Part shown: one piece after another, positions 46,247-52,813 of the stretch
Numbering within the stretch: the stretch's first letter is position 1
How the letters are laid out: each line of letters opens with the position of its first letter
Source: an uncultured Methanosarcinales archaeon
GTDB taxonomy: Archaea > Nanobdellota > Nanobdellia > Woesearchaeales > GW2011-AR4
Direction of reading: 5' to 3'
NCBI GenBank assembly: GCA_964454865.1
Contig: CAYVTQ010000003.1
Coordinates: 1-52,813, forward strand
DNA length: 52,813 bases
The notes under the pieces: model-generated
What the model was told of the DNA's origin: nothing
The model's input: the letters and a program-made list of their open reading frames with translations, nothing else
The model's database searches: none
Translations under genes and position numbers: made by a program

Positions 46247-46684
46247 ATGGGAAAGAAGACAACGGGACTGAATGCCGCCAAGAGACTGAGGGACAGGAGG
46301 ACTTTCGGCAAATGGCATTCCAAGAAGTACATCAAGAGAGTTCTGAATCTTAAGGAGAAGTCCGACCCGCTGAAGGGCGCGTCGCAGGCAAGGGGCATTG
46401 TGCTTGAGAAAGTGCAGATGGAGGCGAAACAGCCTAATTCTGCAATGAGAAAATGCGTCCGCGTCCAGCTGATAAAAAACGGCAGGCAGGTTACTGCTTT
46501 TGCGCCCGGAAACAACGCGATAAAGATGATAGACGAACATGATGAGATAATAATAGAATGCATTGGCGGCGCAATGGGAAAGTCAAAAGGAGACATTCCG
46601 GGAGTCAGGTGGCAGGTTATCAAAGTCAACAACCAGAGCCTTGACGCACTGTTAAAAGGGATCATTGAAAAGGCAAGGAAGTAA
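46247..46684 (+). CDS. rps12: Ribosomal protein S12 (uS12)
   Basis: [19 protein letters not shown]. Start set at the internal ATG (MGKKTTGL). Confidence 0.95.
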   Translation: MGKKTTGLNAAKRLRDRRTFGKWHSKKYIKRVLNLKEKSDPLKGASQARGIVLEKVQMEAKQPNSAMRKCVRVQLIKNGRQVTAFAPGNNAIKMIDEHDEIIIECIGGAMGKSKGDIPGVRWQVIKVNNQSLDALLKGIIEKARK

Positions 46685-46691
46685 TTACAAA

Positions 46692-47291
46692 ATGGCAGAC
46701 ATAAGGATATTCAACAAATGGGGCATGGAAGGCATTAAAGTAGATGACGCCGGCCTGCAGAAGTACATCACGTTGAATCCTAGAATTGTGCCCAAAACAG
46801 GGGCAAGATACGCCCAGAACAGGTTCCACAAAAGCAAGGTGTTTGTAGTTGAAAGGCTGATAAATAAGCTGATGGTGCCGGGGCATAAGAGCAAAAAGCA
46901 TTTCAAGACGAGCTACCACATTACGGGAAAAGCAGCAACTGCCTACTCGATTGTGGAGGACACGTTTAAGCTGATTGAAAGCACAGTCAAGGAAAATCCT
47001 GTAAAAGTTTTTGTGAAAGCGCTTGAGAATGCGGCGCAGAGGGAAGAGATAATCACAATTGAATACGGCGGAGCCAGATATCCGAAAGCTGTTGAATGCA
47101 GCCCGCAGAGAAGGATTGACCAGGCTTTGAAGAATATGGTGCAGGGCTCTTATCAAAAGTCATTCAACTCAAAAAAATCAATAGTGCAGTGCCTGACTGA
47201 CGAGCTGATTAATGCCTACAGGCTGAGCAATGCGTCAAACGCAATCGCAAAGAAGCTTGAGATAGAAAGGCAGGCTGATTCTTCCAGATAA
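46692..47291 (+). CDS. rps7: Ribosomal protein S7 (uS7)
   Basis: Conserved position. Start at the ATG giving MADIRIFNKW. C-terminal ...AIAKKLEIERQADSSR. Confidence 0.95.
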   Translation: MADIRIFNKWGMEGIKVDDAGLQKYITLNPRIVPKTGARYAQNRFHKSKVFVVERLINKLMVPGHKSKKHFKTSYHITGKAATAYSIVEDTFKLIESTVKENPVKVFVKALENAAQREEIITIEYGGARYPKAVECSPQRRIDQALKNMVQGSYQKSFNSKKSIVQCLTDELINAYRLSNASNAIAKKLEIERQADSSR

Positions 47292-47403
47292 ATTCTTGGA
47301 TTGTGTTTTTTTAAGCGGCTTTGAGGCAAAAATCCAGCCCCATCTCATTTTTATATAAATTATATAAATCCGCCACTTCTTTAGGGTAGTACAAAACCGA
47401 AAC

Positions 47404-47412
47404 CTTTAAATA
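47404..47412 (+). promoter_or_regulatory. BRE/TATA candidate for the dockerin-like protein gene (leaderless)
   Basis: CCGAAACCTTTAAATA. The TATA lies about 28-36 nt upstream of ATG 47440. Same motif class as 22560-22575 and 52123-52131. Confidence 0.45.
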
Positions 47413-47439
47413 GCCATTTACCTACTTGGAGTAGTGAAA

Positions 47440-48822
47440 ATGGCAGAAACACTAGATCAAGAAATAGATGATAGTATGCAATTTGGGGGAAATTACCAGC
47501 CTGAAGTAGCTGATTTTATAGGACCGTCACAGCACAGTGCACCTTCAAGATGGAAGCGAGCTATGTGGGATGCAGGAGCTATAATAGGAATTCCATCTAT
47601 AATAACTATTTTAGGGTTAGGATGTGGACATAATACTCCTTTAGCCCCTTCAAACGGAGCCACAGACGACGGCAGGCCTAAAAGCGGATATGTACAGCCG
47701 CCAAAGCATTTTGGGCAGAAAGATGGAGTTAATAATGTAGGTTATGGGGCTCCGCCTGACAATGGCTTAGCTGAAATTGTGCAGAAGATTGTACAGCCTA
47801 TGGGAATAAACTTCGGCTCAGACGGCAGAGGGCAGTATATTGATTTTAAGGGAAATAAAATTTATGACAATGCAACTGACGCTGAAAGGGCGGCATTTGC
47901 CAAAACAAAAGGGTTGATGAAGCCTGTAGCTGCAGATCAAGACAATCTTCAGGTTATAGCAGATGATATGGCAAATAAGCTGGGAATGAGATGGCTGCCT
48001 TATGATTTTGACCAGAACAGGAGAGTTGATTTGGAAGACTTCTTTGCATTTGCATTGGCGTTTGGATTAAAAAAAGGCCAAGAGAAAGAGGGTTATAACC
48101 CAAGATTAGACTTAAACAAAAATGATGCCGTAGATTTAGAGGATTTTTTTGCATTTGCATTGGGATTTGCAAAAGGGGGACAGAGATATATGCAAGGTGT
48201 TAAGTTTTCTCCAACAATAGGTGGCGTAGGGGAGTTCGAATTTCCGACCGTTGCCGGGGATACTTATACTTCCGGATTGTATGATGCAAATGGCAATCCG
48301 CTGATAGGCTCTGACGGCAACCCTATTTCTCTCCAGCAGAGGGCATCCAAAAATGCTGTAGCCCAGGACAATAGAGTTTCATTTGACTTGAGCAAAATGC
48401 AAGGCCAGAGGATATATGCGGGAGTTGTTAGGACTGACAAAGATGGGGATGATATTGAAGGCAGAATGGAAGGGATGGTGGCGCCGGTGTTTTATGGCGA
48501 TGCGTCACTACAAAAAATACAAAAGGATGGTGAGGGTTGGTATCAATTTACAATAAATATTCCCAAAAAAACTCGTGTGTTTGCTTATGTTGAAACTGAA
48601 GATAGGGATGATATTAAATTTAGGATTGAAGATAATGGAATAACCCATATAGCTGGGGGTACTAAGCGTATACAGGATAGGAATGGAGATAGGAGGCTTT
48701 ACAGATTAGATATTACAGACTATGTTAAGGAAGGAACGTCAACTGTGAAATTTCGAGAAGAAGTAGGAAGATCGTTTTCAGTGACATACGCCAGTTCAGA
48801 GAACATAAGACTTTCAAGGTAA
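47440..48822 (+). CDS. Membrane-anchored extracellular protein with dockerin-like duplicated Ca-binding segment
   Basis: TM and lipobox-like AIIGIPSIITILGLGCG. DFDQNRRVDLEDFFAFALAFG and DLNKNDAVDLEDFFAFALGFA fit D-x-[DN]-x-N-x-x-V-D-x-x-D. Start taken as the ATG rather than the track GTG at 47434. Confidence 0.7.
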   Translation: MAETLDQEIDDSMQFGGNYQPEVADFIGPSQHSAPSRWKRAMWDAGAIIGIPSIITILGLGCGHNTPLAPSNGATDDGRPKSGYVQPPKHFGQKDGVNNVGYGAPPDNGLAEIVQKIVQPMGINFGSDGRGQYIDFKGNKIYDNATDAERAAFAKTKGLMKPVAADQDNLQVIADDMANKLGMRWLPYDFDQNRRVDLEDFFAFALAFGLKKGQEKEGYNPRLDLNKNDAVDLEDFFAFALGFAKGGQRYMQGVKFSPTIGGVGEFEFPTVAGDTYTSGLYDANGNPLIGSDGNPISLQQRASKNAVAQDNRVSFDLSKMQGQRIYAGVVRTDKDGDDIEGRMEGMVAPVFYGDASLQKIQKDGEGWYQFTINIPKKTRVFAYVETEDRDDIKFRIEDNGITHIAGGTKRIQDRNGDRRLYRLDITDYVKEGTSTVKFREEVGRSFSVTYASSENIRLSR

Positions 48823-48825
48823 CAG

Positions 48826-50439
48826 TTAAGTTTTTATCACTATAATTTCAAATGTATCTCCTCCTATCATTCCGCCTGAATCAGTTACAGATACTTTAAA
48901 AGTTGCTCTAACTCCTTCTTGAGCACTTGATATTCCATCACAGGTAACAAATCCATTATTAATATCACATCTTATAGAGGTCGAAGTTGTTTCTGTAAGC
49001 TTATCAACTCTGTATATCATTCTTTCAGGTCTATCCTCTCTATCATTAGCAAATTCCCATATTTTCTTAATTAATAAATTAGTATCATCAGAGTCTAATG
49101 TAAACTTGTCTTGATTCCCAAAGTCAATCCTCGGCGCCGTATTCCCTCCAGGCTGTATCTGCCCAGCTTTTCTTGCCTTATGTTCTTCTTTATCGCCTAA
49201 TTGCCTTATCAGCCTTTGGTTTGTTGCAGGGTCTTCATCGCCTACTTCCATTCTCTTTCCTTTCAAGTCTCCGGGTATTTTTTGAATGTCGTCAGGCAAT
49301 GGCTCTCCGCGTTTGCCGTCATCCTGCTCAAGCCTTTTAGGATGATCCTTGCCGGTCTTTATTGAGGCTCCGCCTGTAGTTGTAATCAGTCTCGGAACGG
49401 CAACTGCCTTCAGCTGCTTCCTGCACTTGTCGTCTATTATCTTGGCAAGCTGGTAAGCCACCCTTTTCTCTTCGCTTAAGGCGTTAAAACTCCAGACAAG
49501 CATTGGATCTGACTTGACAAGCACATCCGTGTCGGCATCGCCGCCTTCAACCTTCTCAAGATACTGGCTCAAGTCATTAAAGCAGTCTGTCTTGCTTAAG
49601 GTTTCTATGAACTTGACTTCCTTCGCCTCTATGCCATTCTTTGGCTTTATGAAGAACTCAACTTTTGTGGTTTCCGGGAAGCATGTGCTTACCCTGAGCC
49701 TTACTTCAATGTTGCTCTTTCCCTCAGCATCTTTCTCCTGCGCATTTTGTATATTCTCCCTTTCCTTTACATGGCAGTCATCGTCTTGCTTTTGAGTGCC
49801 GCAGGCAATATTCAATAATTCATCCAAATCATCTCCCTGCACTATCTCAGGCACAGTGGTGCATTCCACCTGCTCGCAATAAGGGATTATGTTTACCCCA
49901 TCTTTTCCCAATCCTTCCATCTCTATCTTTACAGTCCTGCTGGAGCTTGTATCAAAGCAGAGATTGTATGGGTAATCCACGCTTAAGCCCTGAAGATTGT
50001 ATGCGGCAGCCATTTTGCCGCCGTTCATCACAAAGAAATTCTTGCCTGTGTTGGATTCAATTTCGCTTTTTATTAGGGGCTCGTCTTTTAAGGAATCAAA
50101 AATGATTTTTTTAGCTTCTGCATCTGTCTTTATCTTGTTTAAGTTCACAAAATAAGCCCGGTCTCCGCATGGGACTTTAAAGGTAAACTTATCCCTTGAC
50201 TTGTAGCCCTGCGGGCCGGCCAACAACGAAAGCCTGTTCGGCAGATCCCCCATGAATTCTATATTCTTCAGGTCGCAGGAGCCTTCTCCAAAGAAGGAAG
50301 TTGTTTTGGCGAAGAAATAGAACAATGAGCCTATGACTAAAACTGCCATTATGACTATAACGAGGAAAGAAGGGGCTATTTCAAGGGCTTTTCTGCTAAG
50401 TTTTTTAATCATTCTTCCGGAGTTTACTATTTTATGCAT
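48826..50439 (-). CDS. Surface protein (537 aa) with type IV pilin-like N-terminus and C-terminal cadherin/Ig-like domain
   Basis: N-terminus ...MIKKLSRKA/LEIAPSFLVIVIMAVLVIGSLFYFF. C-terminal ...GVRATFKVSVTDSGGMIGGDTFEIIVI. The start may instead be the internal Met at 50412. Confidence 0.7.
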   Translation of the reverse strand: MHKIVNSGRMIKKLSRKALEIAPSFLVIVIMAVLVIGSLFYFFAKTTSFFGEGSCDLKNIEFMGDLPNRLSLLAGPQGYKSRDKFTFKVPCGDRAYFVNLNKIKTDAEAKKIIFDSLKDEPLIKSEIESNTGKNFFVMNGGKMAAAYNLQGLSVDYPYNLCFDTSSSRTVKIEMEGLGKDGVNIIPYCEQVECTTVPEIVQGDDLDELLNIACGTQKQDDDCHVKERENIQNAQEKDAEGKSNIEVRLRVSTCFPETTKVEFFIKPKNGIEAKEVKFIETLSKTDCFNDLSQYLEKVEGGDADTDVLVKSDPMLVWSFNALSEEKRVAYQLAKIIDDKCRKQLKAVAVPRLITTTGGASIKTGKDHPKRLEQDDGKRGEPLPDDIQKIPGDLKGKRMEVGDEDPATNQRLIRQLGDKEEHKARKAGQIQPGGNTAPRIDFGNQDKFTLDSDDTNLLIKKIWEFANDREDRPERMIYRVDKLTETTSTSIRCDINNGFVTCDGISSAQEGVRATFKVSVTDSGGMIGGDTFEIIVIKT

Positions 50440-50468
50440 TCTATTTAAGTTTTTCTAAAAACAACCTT

Positions 50469-52076
50469 TCATCCATCATGCCTGACAATTTTAGCGACTT
50501 TCTTCTCTGCCTTTCTTATCTTTGAAACAGCCCTGACAAGCTCCTCGTCTATCGGGTCGGACCATTTTCTCCTGTGATATTCCATTATCAGCTCGTAAAC
50601 AAACATCAGGTAGCCGCCTACGTAGAAAACGATGGAGATGAGGAGTATAATTGCCAATATGGCCGCAATAAAAATATGGGGGGTTTTTATTAGGAAGATT
50701 ATGCTGGAATAAAGATATTCAGCCAGGCTTAGACAAAAAAGATAAATATACTTTGCATAGAATAGGACTCCTATCAAAATAGACAATGCGTACAGCTCTC
50801 TTTTTGCCCTTTTATTCCCGCTTAGAAAATAAACAATAATTCCAACGGCTAATGATAAGACTGCCACTAAGATTACTACTGAAGCTTGATCCTGAATCAG
50901 CATTGATAATATCGAGGGAGATTTCATCAAGGAATTTGACACTATATCAATTCCTGCAATTCCAGCTTCCTTTATTTGCCTTATGGAGTAGGCAGGAAGA
51001 AGGAAGAATGCAGCCAGGGAAGAATATATTAGAGGAAGGTATATCCTTCTGAAATGAAGCTCTTTCTGGTAAAATATCCTGAACCATGCTGCAACAGGTA
51101 TTATTAATAGTATTATGAAAGAGAGTGTATTTAAGACATAATTTATTATGAGGCTTAGTTTTGCAAATGCAGCCCCATTTTGAAGCAAACTCAAATCCTC
51201 TAAGTAACGTCCGTAGAAAGAAATATGCTCGCTGCCCAGCTTATCTATGTAAATGTTTTCTTTTCCAGTTGTCAATGAAAAAACAAAAACACCTATATCA
51301 GTCAGGGCATGGAGAATTATCAATCCCGATATTGCAAGAGGCACCGTATGCTTATAATGAAGAATACGCACAAACCTGCTGTACAAGTTTTCCGAAAACT
51401 CCCCTATCCTAAACACAAAGTCATCTTTGTGGAATTTGACCCTGTGCTTGGATATCTTAGTGATGAAAAATAATATCCCTATGAAGATTATTGGGTCATC
51501 AAGCGTAAACTCAAGCCATTCGAGTATCGCGTTGTACACAAAAAAATAAAACCATAGCAGGAGTGTTAATATAGAAAGGAATTTTAATGCCTTGCTCCTG
51601 AAAGGCTTCTGCTTAATTGCAGCCAAAAAGCTTCTCTGCCCCGTATCAAATTTTCCTGCTATGCATATGCTGGCAATAATCAGCCCCAGTATGCCAAGGT
51701 AAAAAGTAAGCAAAACCGAGATTTCGGGATTGTTCCTGAAAAAGATATAAAAATAATCAACAAATTTTATTGCCACAAATTTGTATGCGGCTGCTTCCGT
51801 ATAGGCTATTACATCCTTAAAAAAAAGAACAAAAAATGAGATTATGATAAGTAAATCTATTTTCTTATTTTTATGGCCAAATAAAATAGAAGTTATTCCA
51901 AGATGGTAAAATAAAGCAGAGAATATAAAAAAGCTTATGGTGTGATCAAGCCATTCGACATCAGCTGGAACATGGTAGAAATATCCGATAAGCCCCACAA
52001 ACATGAGAAGCCCAACTAGGAATTCCAGAAGCCCAAGCTCCAGCTTTTTTATTATCTCCCTTGTTTTCTTAATCAT
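50469..52076 (-). CDS. Large polytopic membrane protein (535 aa, more than 10 TM), unknown function
   Basis: ORF track. Hydrophobic helices throughout and a basic C-terminal tail. Confidence 0.7.
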   Translation of the reverse strand: MIKKTREIIKKLELGLLEFLVGLLMFVGLIGYFYHVPADVEWLDHTISFFIFSALFYHLGITSILFGHKNKKIDLLIIISFFVLFFKDVIAYTEAAAYKFVAIKFVDYFYIFFRNNPEISVLLTFYLGILGLIIASICIAGKFDTGQRSFLAAIKQKPFRSKALKFLSILTLLLWFYFFVYNAILEWLEFTLDDPIIFIGILFFITKISKHRVKFHKDDFVFRIGEFSENLYSRFVRILHYKHTVPLAISGLIILHALTDIGVFVFSLTTGKENIYIDKLGSEHISFYGRYLEDLSLLQNGAAFAKLSLIINYVLNTLSFIILLIIPVAAWFRIFYQKELHFRRIYLPLIYSSLAAFFLLPAYSIRQIKEAGIAGIDIVSNSLMKSPSILSMLIQDQASVVILVAVLSLAVGIIVYFLSGNKRAKRELYALSILIGVLFYAKYIYLFCLSLAEYLYSSIIFLIKTPHIFIAAILAIILLISIVFYVGGYLMFVYELIMEYHRRKWSDPIDEELVRAVSKIRKAEKKVAKIVRHDG

Positions 52077-52122
52077 TATGCATTCTCTCCAACAATGCTT
52101 ATTTAAAATTTGCCATATAAAC

Positions 52123-52131
52123 CTTTAAAAA
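52123..52131 (+). promoter_or_regulatory. TATA-box candidate for dph2 (leaderless)
   Basis: AACCTTTAAAAACC lies about 25-30 nt upstream of ATG 52154. Confidence 0.4.
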
Positions 52132-52153
52132 CCATCAAAATTACTATAAGATT

Positions 52154-52813
52154 ATGAAAATAATGATGGTTGAAGGCAGGTATCAGGGGGGAATCGACTT
52201 GTCTAGCCTGGATGCGGGCATTTTGCCTGAGAAAATAGGCTATGTTACGACAGTGCAGTTTCTTGATTATAATGATGAAATAAGGGCATTTCTGGAAAGC
52301 AGGGGCAAAAAAGTTTTTATGGGGAAGGAAAGGCAGATTTATGACACCCAACTGCTGGGGTGCGACCAGGGCGGGGCTGAAAAAGTAAGCAAGGAAGCCG
52401 ATGCTTTTATCTACATTGGAACAGGAAAATTCCATCCCTTGGGAGTTGCCCTGAAAACGAGCAAGGAAGTGTTCTGCTATGATCCCATCCATGCGATAAT
52501 GTCAAAAATAGACATGAAGGAAGTTGAAAGGTATAATAAGCAGAGAAAATCAGCTTATCTGAAGTTTCTGCATGCAAAAGAAATAGGGCTCCTTGTTTCG
52601 CTAAAGCCCGGGCAGAATAATTTCAAGAAGGCAGTTGAATTGAAACAACAATTAAAAGACAAGAACTGCTATCTTTTTGCTTTTGACACTTTGGAATTCA
52701 ACCAGGCTGAGAATTTTCCTTTTATTGAATGCTGGGTTAATACAGCCTGCAGCAGGATTCTTGATGACTATGGGAAATTTCCGAAGCCTTTGATTGACTT
52801 GGCTGATTTGGAG
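52154..52813 (+). CDS. dph2: Diphthamide biosynthesis radical-SAM enzyme Dph2 (3' end outside window)
   Basis: Manual translation of 220 open codons to the window end. Motifs LLGCDQGG, YIGTGKFHPLG and ECWVNTACSRI. Not in the ORF track because there is no stop. Confidence 0.8.
   Translation, partial: MKIMMVEGRYQGGIDLSSLDAGILPEKIGYVTTVQFLDYNDEIRAFLESRGKKVFMGKERQIYDTQLLGCDQGGAEKVSKEADAFIYIGTGKFHPLGVALKTSKEVFCYDPIHAIMSKIDMKEVERYNKQRKSAYLKFLHAKEIGLLVSLKPGQNNFKKAVELKQQLKDKNCYLFAFDTLEFNQAENFPFIECWVNTACSRILDDYGKFPKPLIDLADLE

Noticed and set aside
52103-52492. 129-aa minus-strand ORF from the track
   Set aside because: The plus strand here encodes a clear Dph2 (GTGKFHPLG, WVNTAC) that the track omitted because it runs off the window.
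1-52813. CRISPR arrays, rRNA genes, transposase, integrase or prophage genes
   Set aside because: Reading both strands showed no regularly spaced direct repeats, no rRNA-like conserved segments and no transposase or integrase motifs. The only mobile-type signals are the inteins and the short repeats.

Overview
AT-rich archaeal window, probably DPANN-like. That call rests on a split RNAP B''/B' and A'/A'', rpoH, L30e, archaeal NusA, Dph2 and tRNAs with several introns. All calls come from reading the sequence and the ORF track by eye; no searches or folding programs were run.

Contents, left to right:
- A partial sufB (1-2715, minus) interrupted by two LAGLIDADG inteins. It is absent from the ORF track because it runs off the window edge.
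- Two HTH regulators.
- A metabolic block: bacterial-type metK, aspA-like lyase, malic enzyme, gdhA, glutaredoxin-like protein, pcm, coaE, carB, ribD, ribB and nfo, mixed with hypothetical genes and a truncated Hel308-like helicase.
- An 11.5-kb minus-strand operon (25287-36786). It is headed by a 54-aa ribbon-helix-helix protein recovered by hand, and encodes three giant secreted or pilin-like proteins plus a 6-TM protein.
- Two intron-rich tRNAs (Asp with three introns, Lys with two) directly upstream of the conserved rpoH-rpoB''-rpoB'-rpoA'-rpoA''-rpl30e-nusA-rps12-rps7 cluster.
- A second surface or membrane cluster (47440-52076) and a partial dph2.

Two families of GC-rich, hairpin-forming short repeats are scattered through the window. 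One copy is read in frame inside an intein. Unusually long structured spacers interrupt the RNAP operon.

The best candidate for an undescribed system is the RHH-led giant surface-protein operon, possibly working with the second pilin-like cluster.
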